From positions 5,222 through 69,221 of the forward strand of contig DASQNR010000014.1 of assembly GCA_035644835.1 (NCBI GenBank): DNA of 64,000 nucleotides. Direction: 5' to 3'. Shown here piece by piece: positions 36,953 through 46,759 of this stretch; positions within the stretch are counted from its first letter, which is position 1; each line of letters starts with the position of its first letter. The notes under the pieces were generated by a model. The model saw only the letters and a program-made list of their open reading frames with translations, did not search any database and was not told the DNA's origin. The translations under genes were made by a program, and so were the position numbers. The stretch comes from Allosphingosinicella sp. GTDB taxonomy: Bacteria > Pseudomonadota > Alphaproteobacteria > Sphingomonadales > Sphingomonadaceae.

Positions 36953-39178
36953 ATGAGCAAGAACGACATCGAGCCCGCGGGCGCGCAGCCGATCTGGCCG
37001 CTGGCTCCCCAGTCGGGCGGTGACCTTGCCCTTCCGCAGCAATGGGGCCAGCAATCCTACGGCTCATCCTCGTCGATGGACCTCAACTTCGCGACGATTT
37101 GGCGCATCATTTCCGAATGGCGCTGGCTGATCCTGGGCGCCGTTGCCGTTGCCGTGGCCGGTGCGGTCGTGGTTACCTTTCTGACCACTCCGCTGTACCG
37201 CGCAACCGCCGCGCTTGAAATCAATCCACCCACCGTCAGGATCATGGACGACGCGAAGGGCATGCAGGGCGGCGGCGGCAACGACCGTGAATTCCTGGCA
37301 ACCCAATATGGCCTGCTCGCCAGCCGCAGCCTGGCGCAGCGCGTCGCCCAGGAGTTGAATCTTCCCGGCAATGAGACGTTCGTCGCGCCCGGCGGCGACC
37401 GAACCAGCCGGCTCAAGTCCGCGACCGGCAGGTTGATGGGCGGCTTCGAAGTCGTCCCGGTACCGGGCAGCCGCCTCGTGAAAATCTCCTACACGTCGGA
37501 GTCTCCCGCCTTGGCGGCTCAGATCACCAACAGCTTTGCCGACAATTTCATCAACGCCAATCTCGAGCGCCGTTACGAGGCATCCTCTTATGCGCGCCAG
37601 TTCCTTGAAAGGCAGATCGGCAAGGTCAAGGGCGAGCTCGAGAAGACGGAGCGGCAGCTTGTTGCTTATGCGCAGCAGCAGGGCCTGATCAGCACCACAA
37701 CCGGGAGCGACAAGGGCGGCGGCGGCGACACCAGCTCGCTGGAAGGCGCGACCCTGCTGCAGTTGAATTCGGCGCTCGCGCAGGCGCAGTCGCGCCGGAT
37801 CACCGCCGAGCAACGCTATCGCCAGGCAAGCCGGCTGAACGCCGCGACCGTTACGTCCAGCACGTCGGGGCTGCGTGCCCAAAAGGCAGGTCTTCAGGCC
37901 GAATATCAGGAAAAGCTCGCCACCTTCCGGCCCGAATATCCCGACATGGTCCGGCTGCGCACCCGCATCGACGCGCTGGATCAGGAAATCCGCCAGGAAG
38001 CCGGTACGGTGGCAGGCGGCCAGGGCACCACGCTTGCGGCGGAATATCAGGCGGCGATCGCCGAAGAGCGCAAGCTCCAGTCCGCAGTAACCCAGCTCAA
38101 GGGCTCGGTGCTGAACGAGCGCGGCAACCGTATCCAGTACAACATTCTGCAGCGCGAGGTGGATACCAACCGCTCACTCTACGATGCTCTGCTCCAGCGC
38201 TACAAAGAGATCGGAGTCGCCGGCGGCATCGGCACCAATTCCGTCTCGGTGGTGGACCGCGCGGAGCCGCCGGGGGCACCCTACAAGCCCAATTTGATGC
38301 TCAACCTGCTGATCGGCCTGATCCTCGGCATGGTCGCGGGCATCGGTGCGGCGCTCGCGCTCGAGTTCCTCAACGACACGGTCAAGACTCCGGACGATGT
38401 TCGCGACAAGCTGCGGCTGCCGTCGCTCGGCGTCATTCCGAAGAAGAAGGGCGTGGAGGCGGTCTCGGAAGAGCTCAAGGACCAGTCGTCGCCGGTTTCC
38501 GAAGCCTATTACTCGCTGCGGACATCGTTGCAGTTCACCACCGACACCGGGGCGCCCAAGAGCCTGCTCGTCACCAGCACCCGGGCCGCGGAAGGCAAGT
38601 CCAGTACCACGCTGGCGCTGGCGCAGAACTTTGCAAGGCTCGGAAATTCCGTGCTGCTGATCGACTCGGATCTGCGCAAGCCTGCCTTTGTCACGGGGCT
38701 CGAGCCGAACGAAGGGCTGTCGAAACTGCTCACGAATACGGACCCGCTGCAGGCTCATGTTCTCAAGACCCAGTTCGAGAACCTGTCGTTGCTGCCGTGC
38801 GGTCCGTTGCCGCCGAACCCGGCGGAGCTTCTTGCTTCACCGCGCCTCAAGGCCCTGATCGCGGAGGCGATGAACGCCTACGACATGGTCATCGTCGATG
38901 GTCCGCCGGTTCTTGGCTTGGCCGATGCGCCGTTGCTCGCCGGCGTGTGCCGCGCAACGCTGCTGGTCATCGAGAGCGGCAAAACCCGTACCCGCGCGGC
39001 AATCGATTCCACCAACCGGCTCAAGGCGTCGGGCGCGAACATCGTCGGCGCCGTGCTGACCAAGTTCCGTCACCAGGCGCACGGCTATGGCTACGGCTAT
39101 GGTTACGAGCCTTACCGCTATGGCGGCGTCGGCAACCGCGAGCGCGAAATCAAGCTCATTGCCCAGCGTGAGGCGTAA
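36953..39178 (+). CDS. wzc: Polysaccharide co-polymerase / tyrosine autokinase
   Basis: Two TM segments, coiled coil, Walker A (AEGKSST), IDSDLRKP, IVDGPP, Tyr-rich tail GYGYGYGYEPYRY. Confidence 0.94.
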   Translation: MSKNDIEPAGAQPIWPLAPQSGGDLALPQQWGQQSYGSSSSMDLNFATIWRIISEWRWLILGAVAVAVAGAVVVTFLTTPLYRATAALEINPPTVRIMDDAKGMQGGGGNDREFLATQYGLLASRSLAQRVAQELNLPGNETFVAPGGDRTSRLKSATGRLMGGFEVVPVPGSRLVKISYTSESPALAAQITNSFADNFINANLERRYEASSYARQFLERQIGKVKGELEKTERQLVAYAQQQGLISTTTGSDKGGGGDTSSLEGATLLQLNSALAQAQSRRITAEQRYRQASRLNAATVTSSTSGLRAQKAGLQAEYQEKLATFRPEYPDMVRLRTRIDALDQEIRQEAGTVAGGQGTTLAAEYQAAIAEERKLQSAVTQLKGSVLNERGNRIQYNILQREVDTNRSLYDALLQRYKEIGVAGGIGTNSVSVVDRAEPPGAPYKPNLMLNLLIGLILGMVAGIGAALALEFLNDTVKTPDDVRDKLRLPSLGVIPKKKGVEAVSEELKDQSSPVSEAYYSLRTSLQFTTDTGAPKSLLVTSTRAAEGKSSTTLALAQNFARLGNSVLLIDSDLRKPAFVTGLEPNEGLSKLLTNTDPLQAHVLKTQFENLSLLPCGPLPPNPAELLASPRLKALIAEAMNAYDMVIVDGPPVLGLADAPLLAGVCRATLLVIESGKTRTRAAIDSTNRLKASGANIVGAVLTKFRHQAHGYGYGYGYEPYRYGGVGNREREIKLIAQREA

Positions 39179-40406
39179 GCGCACCCGACGCGAGCGAGAA
39201 AAGATAGGAGGGCCGCGGCTTGCGGCCCTCCTGCTCACCGTGCCTGTTGGTGCCTTTCTCGCCTGGCAGGTCGGCAAGGCCGGCGCGGCACAGGCATGGG
39301 GCGGGCGCAACCCGCCCGCGGCGGCGCAAATCGCCCCCACCCATCCATCGACCCGGATCGGAATGGCGATGCTGGAGTTCAGGCTCCGCAACGGCCATGT
39401 CACGCCCCAAGCGCGTGCCGAGGCGCTGGCGGCCTTGGGCGATCACCCAATCGCCGAGGAACCGTTCCTGCTCGAAGGCGTGATGGCGCTGGCCAAAGGT
39501 GAAACCGCTCGAGGCGAAGCCCTGTTGGAAGAGGCAAAGCGCCGCAACCCGCGCAACCGCATGGCGCGGCTGCTGTTGCTCGACCGCTACTTGCGCACCG
39601 AGCGCCCGCGCGAAGCCGCGGCCGAACTCGGCATCCTTACCGTGCTGGTGCCCAGAACAAGTGAAGTGCTGATACCGCAGCTCGCCAAGATGGTTACGCA
39701 GCCCAGTACCGCAGGCACGCTCAAGGGCGCACTCAGTAACAATCCCGGCCTGCTCAACGCGGTGCTTTCCCGCCTTGCAGCGGACGGTGCCAGCGCCGAC
39801 ACGATCCTGGCCCTGGCTTCTTCGGGCGGACCGACCCCGCCCGGCGTCGACACGCAGTGGCAGGCGATGCTGGTCAACAAGCTCGCCAGGGAAGGCGAGG
39901 TCGACCGCGCGTATCGCCTTTGGCGCGAATTCGGCAAGCTTCCCGCGAGCGACGGCGCGATGGGGCTCTACGATCCCGGCTTCCGCGGCCTGCCCGGCTC
40001 GACGCCCTTCAACTGGGCGCTGACGAGTGGCGCCGAGGGCGTTGCCGAGCGGGCCAGCGGCGGCGCTTTGCAGGCAAGCTTCTACGGCCGGACCGATGCC
40101 GTGCTGGCGGAACAATTGCTGATGCTGCGCCCGGGCCGCTACCGTCTCCAGTTCGATGCCGAAGGCGATGCCAAAGGCGAGGACGGCAGGCTCGGCTGGA
40201 CCTTGAGTTGCCAAGGGAGCAACGCGTCGCTGGTACAGCTGCCGCTCTCCGGCATCACCTATGCGCCACGCAGGGTCGGCGCGAACTTCACCGTACCGGC
40301 GGGATGCCGTGCGCAATGGTTGCGACTTGCGGGCGGCGCTGCCGAATTCCCGAACGAGCAGTCCGTGACGATCCGCAACCTCAAACTGGCAAGGGAAGGC
40401 TCGTGA
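39168..40406 (+). CDS. Hypothetical membrane-anchored protein (helical-repeat region plus beta-sandwich C-terminus)
   Basis: GTG 39168 overlaps the wzc end; one TM; TPR-like helices; beta-rich tail (LRPGRYRLQF..FTVPAGC). Confidence 0.7.
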   Translation: MRRKRTRREREKIGGPRLAALLLTVPVGAFLAWQVGKAGAAQAWGGRNPPAAAQIAPTHPSTRIGMAMLEFRLRNGHVTPQARAEALAALGDHPIAEEPFLLEGVMALAKGETARGEALLEEAKRRNPRNRMARLLLLDRYLRTERPREAAAELGILTVLVPRTSEVLIPQLAKMVTQPSTAGTLKGALSNNPGLLNAVLSRLAADGASADTILALASSGGPTPPGVDTQWQAMLVNKLAREGEVDRAYRLWREFGKLPASDGAMGLYDPGFRGLPGSTPFNWALTSGAEGVAERASGGALQASFYGRTDAVLAEQLLMLRPGRYRLQFDAEGDAKGEDGRLGWTLSCQGSNASLVQLPLSGITYAPRRVGANFTVPAGCRAQWLRLAGGAAEFPNEQSVTIRNLKLAREGS

Positions 40407-41779
40407 TCCACGTCCTGCGGCTCGCCCTGGTGCCGGCCTACCTGGTTCTGTGCCTGGTGCTCGGCGGCGCCAGCGGCGGCGGCTATTGGGCCAATGTCGC
40501 GCTGCAGCTGTTGGCCATCCCGATCATCTTGTGGGCGGTGGTCGCCCGCCGCAGCGCCCCGATTTCGTCGTCGGCCAAGCAGGTCATGCTGCTTCTGGCT
40601 CTCGCCATCATGGTCGTGCTTGTCCAACTTGTTCCGCTGCCGCCGTCTATCTGGACCAGCCTCGGCGGCCGGGGGGAAATCGTTCGCGGCTTCGAGATGC
40701 TCGGGCAACCGCTGCCATGGATGCCCATCTCGCTGGCGCCGTACCGGACGATCGCCTCCGCACTGTGGATGCTGCCGGCACTCGCCATCTGGTTCGGCAT
40801 CGTCCGCTTGGGCGGCTACAAGTCCTCCTGGCTGGCGGTTGCCCTGATAGTCGTTACCGCGTGCGCCGTCGGCGTCGGCGCCTTGCAACTGGCCGGGGGT
40901 GAGAACTCGTCCCTGTACTTTTACCGGATCACCAACCGGGGTTCGGCGGTCGGCTTCTTTGCCAATTCGAACAACATGGCGGAACTGCTGGTGGTGGCGA
41001 TACCGTTCCTTGCCATGCTTTATCTGATGGCACGGCGCGGCGGCTCCCTGCAGAAATCATCGGCGCTGCTTTTGGTGCTGATCGGTGCGCTGAGCGTGCT
41101 GCTCGTCGGCATTGCGGTGAATGGCTCGCTGGCCGGCATCGGCCTTGCCGTTCCGGCCCTCGGCGCGGCAGCCTTGATGATTCTCTACCGGCGCAAGCGG
41201 CTGCCGGTCTGGGCGCCGGTGGCGGCGGCGTTGCTCCTGGCCGGCTCGGCCGCGCTGATGCTGAGCGCGCCTTTCCAGAACAACCTTACCAGCGAGCAGG
41301 CGCGCACCTCCCAGGACTCGCGCTACAGCTCCTTCGGCACATCCATTCAGGCGGCCAAGGACTACCTGCCGCTGGGATCGGGCATCGGCACATTCCCAGA
41401 GATCTATCCCCGCTACGAGAACCCGCAGGCGGTGACCCGCTGGTACATGAACCATGTCCACAACGATTATATCGAGGTGGCACTGGAGACGGGGCTGCCC
41501 GGCATGGCCTTGGTGGCCTTGTTCCTGCTGTGGTGGCTGCGCCGCGTGTTTCTGATCTGGCGGGCCGATGAGCCGGACCATGCCGCGCGCGCCGCGACCA
41601 TTGCCAGCGCCGTGATCCTGACTCACAGCTTTGTCGAGTTTCCGCTCCGCACCGCCGCAATCAGCGCCGTTTTCGCGATGTGCGTGGCGCTGATGGCAGA
41701 GCCGCGGCCGCGCGCCCGCCAAAAGACCCGGGATGATGACAAGCCCGCTGCCAAGGCCCGGCACCTTTCGGCCGATTAG
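40403..41779 (+). CDS. O-antigen ligase / Wzy_C family membrane protein
   Basis: GTGA overlap; about 12 TM segments; GFFANSN, GSGIGTF, HVHNDYIEVALETG. Confidence 0.88.
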   Translation: MIHVLRLALVPAYLVLCLVLGGASGGGYWANVALQLLAIPIILWAVVARRSAPISSSAKQVMLLLALAIMVVLVQLVPLPPSIWTSLGGRGEIVRGFEMLGQPLPWMPISLAPYRTIASALWMLPALAIWFGIVRLGGYKSSWLAVALIVVTACAVGVGALQLAGGENSSLYFYRITNRGSAVGFFANSNNMAELLVVAIPFLAMLYLMARRGGSLQKSSALLLVLIGALSVLLVGIAVNGSLAGIGLAVPALGAAALMILYRRKRLPVWAPVAAALLLAGSAALMLSAPFQNNLTSEQARTSQDSRYSSFGTSIQAAKDYLPLGSGIGTFPEIYPRYENPQAVTRWYMNHVHNDYIEVALETGLPGMALVALFLLWWLRRVFLIWRADEPDHAARAATIASAVILTHSFVEFPLRTAAISAVFAMCVALMAEPRPRARQKTRDDDKPAAKARHLSAD

Positions 41780-42906
41780 CGCCCGGCGAGCGCCTGCGCG
41801 ATCGCGCTCAGATAGCGCTCCACCACTTTCGCCTCGTCGAATTCGGCCTCGGCCTTGGCGCGCGCCGCACGACCCATATCGCGCCGTTCGACGTCCGGCA
41901 GGTTCAGCATCCTTGTCATGGCCTGCGCCAGCGACCCTGGGTCCTGCACCGCGCACAAATAGCCGTTGACCCCGTGGTCGGCGATATGGCGGCAGCCCGG
42001 GACATCGGTGGCGATCAACGGCTTGCCCATCGCCGCAGCCTCCAGCAGCGTCCGCGGCAGCCCCTCGCGATAGGAGGGGAGGACCACGCAATCGGCCCCG
42101 GCAAGAAACGGACGAACATCGTCGGCATGGCCGAGATATTCGATCACACCTTCCGCTACCCATCGTTCCACCTCCTGGCGCGGAACGGCGGTGCGGTTGG
42201 CGACATCCAGGAAACCGAGCAACTGGAAGCGGGCGCCGGGATGGAGCGCCAGGACCCGGCGCGCCGCCTCGACATATTCCCCCACGCCCTTGTCCCACAG
42301 CAGTCGCGCGACCAGCAGAAAGGTGAAGGGTTGCCCCGGCGAGCGGGGGGCTTCGTCGGCAGGAGCGAAGCGCCTCAAGTCGATGCCGGAGCCCGGCAGC
42401 ACCGCGGTTTTACCGGCATCGAGCAGTTGCTTCGATACGAACAGGTCGCGGTCTTCCGGATTCTGGAAGAACACGGTGCTCGATCGGGCAAACGCCAAAC
42501 GGTAGAGGCCGCTGACGATGCGCGTCAGCAGTCCGTCCCGAATGAAGGCGGTGCCGAGGCCGGATACGTTGTTGATGACGGGTATGCCGAGCGCGTGCGC
42601 CGCGAGCGAGCCGTAAACATTCGGCTTGGCCGTATAGCCCAGGAAGACAGCAGGGCGCTCCCGGCGGAGGGCGGCGAGATAGCGCCCCAGCAGCGCCAGA
42701 TCGCGCGCCGGCGAGACGCCCTGATTGTCCATCGGGAGCGGCACATGCTTCACGCCCAGCTCCGCGAAACGCGCGCTGTAGGCATCGGTGGGGGCAAGCG
42801 CGACGACACGATAGCCGGCCTGCTGCAGGCCAAGGATCAGGCCTTTTCTGAAATTGATCACGTTCCACGACGCGTTGATCGAGATGGCGACGGTCGGCTG
42901 CGTCAT
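41776..42906 (-). CDS. Glycosyltransferase family 4 (CapM/PglA-like)
   Basis: NFRKGLI, LWDKGVGE, SYREGLPRTLLEAAAMG (EX7E). Confidence 0.92.
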   Translation of the reverse strand: MTQPTVAISINASWNVINFRKGLILGLQQAGYRVVALAPTDAYSARFAELGVKHVPLPMDNQGVSPARDLALLGRYLAALRRERPAVFLGYTAKPNVYGSLAAHALGIPVINNVSGLGTAFIRDGLLTRIVSGLYRLAFARSSTVFFQNPEDRDLFVSKQLLDAGKTAVLPGSGIDLRRFAPADEAPRSPGQPFTFLLVARLLWDKGVGEYVEAARRVLALHPGARFQLLGFLDVANRTAVPRQEVERWVAEGVIEYLGHADDVRPFLAGADCVVLPSYREGLPRTLLEAAAMGKPLIATDVPGCRHIADHGVNGYLCAVQDPGSLAQAMTRMLNLPDVERRDMGRAARAKAEAEFDEAKVVERYLSAIAQALAGR

Positions 42907-43094
42907 CGAGGAGATTTGTTGAACCTTGGGCAAGTGGTGCGGGCGTGCGCCCGTTCCTTGCCACGCCCTGACCGGGGAGAAAAGGCAATCACGCGCCCTG
43001 CCACTCCGTCTGGACGCGCACCCGCCCAAACCTTATAGCGCCGTGGCCGTCCTGGCTCGCCTCGTACGAGTCCGACAGCTGCCGGAGCGTCCAC

Positions 43095-44180
43095 TTGCTA
43101 CCTTATTGGCTTCTTTTCTCGATCTTCGCCGCCGGGTCGCTGAATTTTCAGCGCAAGCAGGCCGGTGGCGCCAATTCGGCACCGATCCTCGCGGTGGCCG
43201 GCCTGTTCGTTGCGCTCATGATCGGGCTGCGCTTCGAAGTAGGCGGCGATTGGGCCAACTACGAAGACATCCTGATCGTCACCGGGTACACGAGCTTTGG
43301 TGCGGTGTTGCGCGAAAGCGACCCCGGCTATGGCGTCTTGAACTGGACCGCCGCCCGTCTCGGCTGGCAGATCTGGTTCGTTAATCTCATCTGCGGTGCC
43401 ATCTTCAGTTGGGGTCTGATCAAATTCGCCCGGCAGCAGCCCAATCCGTGGCTCGCGGTGTTGATCGCGGTCCCCTATCTCATCGTGGTCGTTGCAATGG
43501 GCTACACGCGCCAAGGGGTGGCGATCGGCTTCATTATGGCGGGGCTTGCAGGCTTGGAACGCAGCTCGCTGTTGCGCTTCGCCACCTATGTCGTCCTGGC
43601 CGCGACCTTTCACAAATCCGCGGTGGTGGTGCTTCCGCTGGTGGCGCTGGCCGCAACGCAGCGACGCATCATCATCGTGCCGGCTCTCCTAGGCACCGCT
43701 CTCCTTCTTTATTATTTGTTCCTCGACGCTGCGGTCGACAAGCTGATGACCAATTATGTCGATGCCGAATACCAATCCGAAGGAGCGTTAGTACGGGTCG
43801 CCATGAACGTGCCCCCTGCAATCGTCTTTTTGCTGTTTTACAAGCGTTTCGAGCTTCGCGAGCAATCCAGAAAAATCTGGCGAAACCTGGCTCTTGCATC
43901 ATTGCTGGCGCTGCTCATGCTTGGCCTGACGACGGCGACCACCGCGGTGGACCGGATCGCGTTGTACCTCATCCCCCTCCAGATCTTCGTCCTATCGCGG
44001 ATGCCGCTAGCTTTTGGCAGCCGCGGCCAAGCCAACGGTCTGCTGATTGCATTCGTGATCGCATACTCTGCGGCGATTCAGCTAGTCTGGCTCAATTACG
44101 CTACTCACGCTTCGGAGTGGCTGCCGTATCAATTGTTTCCACTCGATCACAGTGCACCCCTGGTTCCGGTTGGTCGCTAG
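43095..44180 (+). CDS. EpsG-like polysaccharide polymerase (Wzy candidate)
   Basis: TTG start; GLRFEVGGDW..Y, DPGY, RQGVA, FHKSA; about 10 TM segments. Confidence 0.82.
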   Translation: MLPYWLLFSIFAAGSLNFQRKQAGGANSAPILAVAGLFVALMIGLRFEVGGDWANYEDILIVTGYTSFGAVLRESDPGYGVLNWTAARLGWQIWFVNLICGAIFSWGLIKFARQQPNPWLAVLIAVPYLIVVVAMGYTRQGVAIGFIMAGLAGLERSSLLRFATYVVLAATFHKSAVVVLPLVALAATQRRIIIVPALLGTALLLYYLFLDAAVDKLMTNYVDAEYQSEGALVRVAMNVPPAIVFLLFYKRFELREQSRKIWRNLALASLLALLMLGLTTATTAVDRIALYLIPLQIFVLSRMPLAFGSRGQANGLLIAFVIAYSAAIQLVWLNYATHASEWLPYQLFPLDHSAPLVPVGR

Positions 44181-44293
44181 TTTTGCAGGCGTCCGGCCAC
44201 GCTTGCAGAAGAACAAGCTTACCCTTCCCATCACGACGGGCGGCGGCTAGGGGATTGCTGGGCATAAAGCCCGAAAGCGGCAAAGCTGGCGGA

Positions 44294-45535
44294 ATGGCCA
44301 AAACTCTATACCTAACTCAAGACGGCATCACCGACCACATTGGACAGGCGCAGATTGCGCCTTACCTGATCGGCCTCGCGCGTCTCGGACACTCCATTCA
44401 CATCGTAAGCGCCGAGAAATCCGGCCGGAGGGAAGCGATTGCCCGCTACGAGGCCATTTTCGCCGAAGCAGGAATCCGATGGAGTCGGGTGCGGTATACG
44501 AACCGGCCGCCGCTCATCTCGTCCTTTTACACAATGGCACTGCTATGGCGCGCCGCTAAAGAGATTGCGAAGCGGGAGAAGCCGCAGATCATCCACTGCC
44601 GCTCCTATCTGCCGCTCGGTATCGCTGCGCGGCTCAAGCGGCAGTTCGGCGGTCGGTATCTTGCGGATTTCCGCGACTTCTGGGCGGATGTAGGAATTGA
44701 GACCAAGCGCTTCAAATTCGTCTTCCGGTGGTTCCTGAAGCGGGAGCCGGATGTGCTGGCTCCGGCAGACCATGTCGTGACGCTGACCGACCGTGCCGCC
44801 GATCTCCTGATCGATCGTCATCCCCACGTCGCTAGGGGTAGCCGCGAAAATTATACCGTGATCCCTTGCTGCGCCGACTTCGCCTTGTTTGACCGCGGGC
44901 GGGTTGATCCTGCCTCTATCGCCCGGCGGCGCGAAGCGCTGGCGATCCCCGGCGACGCAACGGTGATGTTATACCTCGGGAGCCTCGGCGCAGATTACCT
45001 GCTCGCGGAGATGATGGCGTTGTTCCGCGAGTTGCGCGCTCTGCGGCCGAATACGATATTCCTGCTCCTCGTTAATAATGGCCAGGATCTGGCGAAGGCC
45101 GAAGCCGCAGCACATGGCATCCCTGAGAGTGCCTTGCGCTTCACTTCGTCCGATCGGCGTCACATCCCCGAATATCTCGCATTAGCGAGCGTCGCGCCGG
45201 TGTTCATCCGACCGACGCTGTCCAAGGCTGGCTGTTCCCCGACCAAGCTGGGGGAGCTGTTCGCGATGGATGTGCCGATTGTCGCCAACACCGGCTTTGG
45301 CGACATTGACCGGATCGTCAGCCCCGACCGAAACGGATCTGTGGTTGTGCACGATTTCGAGCCCCAGACATTGCGAGCCGCGCTTGAGACCGTGCTGTCC
45401 GGCGACCGGACCACGGCAGGAATCCGCGAGGCCAGTGGCGAATTTTCGCTCGAAGAGGGTGTGAGGCGCTACGATACCATCTATAGGAACCTAAGCGGCG
45501 CCGCAGCCGATGCGGCCCCGGCGAATAGGGCATAG
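44294..45535 (+). CDS. Glycosyltransferase, GT-B fold (GT4-like)
   Basis: ATG 44294; IIHCRSY, DFRDFW, YLGSLG, SPTKLGELFAM. Confidence 0.82.
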   Translation: MAKTLYLTQDGITDHIGQAQIAPYLIGLARLGHSIHIVSAEKSGRREAIARYEAIFAEAGIRWSRVRYTNRPPLISSFYTMALLWRAAKEIAKREKPQIIHCRSYLPLGIAARLKRQFGGRYLADFRDFWADVGIETKRFKFVFRWFLKREPDVLAPADHVVTLTDRAADLLIDRHPHVARGSRENYTVIPCCADFALFDRGRVDPASIARRREALAIPGDATVMLYLGSLGADYLLAEMMALFRELRALRPNTIFLLLVNNGQDLAKAEAAAHGIPESALRFTSSDRRHIPEYLALASVAPVFIRPTLSKAGCSPTKLGELFAMDVPIVANTGFGDIDRIVSPDRNGSVVVHDFEPQTLRAALETVLSGDRTTAGIREASGEFSLEEGVRRYDTIYRNLSGAAADAAPANRA

Positions 45536-45541
45536 CGACAG

Positions 45542-46759
45542 ATGCTTAACATCGTGGTCTTGAACGGCGGTCGGGGAGCCGCGTCGATCATTCCCGCCAT
45601 GCTCCGCCACCAGGGCCTGAACATCACCTCCATCGTCAACGCTTATGACGACGGAAAATCGACCGGCGAGATCCGTCGCTTCTTCGACATGCTGGGGCCG
45701 TCGGACATCCGCAAGGTGCAGGAACTGATGCTTCCGGAGGAGGACGCAAACCACGCGGCCAGCCAGGCGCTGTTCGCGTTTCGCTACCCGGATGGGACGG
45801 TGCCGCAGGGCGCGCTGGACGACATGAAGCGCTTCGCCGCGGGGCAGCCCGAGCTTGCCGGGATCGCGCTCCCGCCCGGCGCGCTGCGAAAGGCGATCGT
45901 GCGCTTTATCGCCGAGTTCGTCGGCGGCCTGGAAGTGATCGAAAAGGCGCGCGGGGAGCGCTTCAGCTTCTCCGACTGCTCGCTGATGAACTGCCTTTAC
46001 GCCGGCGCCTATCTGGCGTGCGAACGGGATATGGAGCTCACCACCAAGACCATCGACCGGCTGTTTCGGCTGCGCGGGACGGTGCTGCCCAACAGCGTCG
46101 AAAACAAGTGGCTGATGGCGGTTCGTGAAAATGGCGAGATCCTCCATTCCGAAGCGGAGATCGTCGAGCTGCGCTCCAACGTGCTGATCGATTCCGTCTA
46201 CCTGCTCGACCGCCCGCTCGACCGCGACCGTTTCGCCAACCTTTCGCCCGAGGAGCAGCGTTATTTCCTCAAGCGCCACCACGGTGCCGCCAACGCTTCG
46301 CCCGGCGTTCGGCTGGCCCTCGAACAGGCCGACATCATCGTGTATTCGGCCGGAACGCAGCACAGCTCGCTTTATCCCACCTACATGTCGCGCGGCGTCG
46401 CGGAGACGATTGCCGGCAATCGCGAAGCGCTGAAGGTGTTCGTCACCAATATCGGCGCGGATTACGAGACGCCGAGCTACCGCGCTTCCGATTATATAAA
46501 GGGCGCCTACAAATATCTGCGCCTCGCCGACCGCCGCCAATATGCCATGCCGGAGCTGTTCTCCCGCATCCTCATCAACAACGGCCGGCGCAAGGCGGAT
46601 GAGACCTATGTCGACTTCGACGAGGAGAATTTCGCCGATCTGCCGGTCCCGTACATGGTCGGCGATTTCGAATCGGAGACCGCACCGGGCAAACATGATG
46701 GCGCCCGGGTCGTTCACACCATCCTCGGCCTTTACGAAGAAGCGGCCGGCGCGACATGA
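45542..46759 (+). CDS. YvcK/GlmR-CofD-like (UPF0052) protein
   Basis: LNGGRG; VNAYDDGKSTG (cf. DDGGSSG); GPSDIRK; DIIVYSAGTQHSSLYP; KVFVTN. Confidence 0.78.
   Translation: MLNIVVLNGGRGAASIIPAMLRHQGLNITSIVNAYDDGKSTGEIRRFFDMLGPSDIRKVQELMLPEEDANHAASQALFAFRYPDGTVPQGALDDMKRFAAGQPELAGIALPPGALRKAIVRFIAEFVGGLEVIEKARGERFSFSDCSLMNCLYAGAYLACERDMELTTKTIDRLFRLRGTVLPNSVENKWLMAVRENGEILHSEAEIVELRSNVLIDSVYLLDRPLDRDRFANLSPEEQRYFLKRHHGAANASPGVRLALEQADIIVYSAGTQHSSLYPTYMSRGVAETIAGNREALKVFVTNIGADYETPSYRASDYIKGAYKYLRLADRRQYAMPELFSRILINNGRRKADETYVDFDEENFADLPVPYMVGDFESETAPGKHDGARVVHTILGLYEEAAGAT

Noticed and set aside
39083-39110. ggctac/ggctat hexamer run as a phase-variable microsatellite
   Set aside because: It is imperfect, in frame, and encodes the normal Wzc tyrosine cluster.
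45542-46759. F420 biosynthesis
   Set aside because: No cofG/H/E or fbi genes in the window; motifs and context fit a glycan-related role better.
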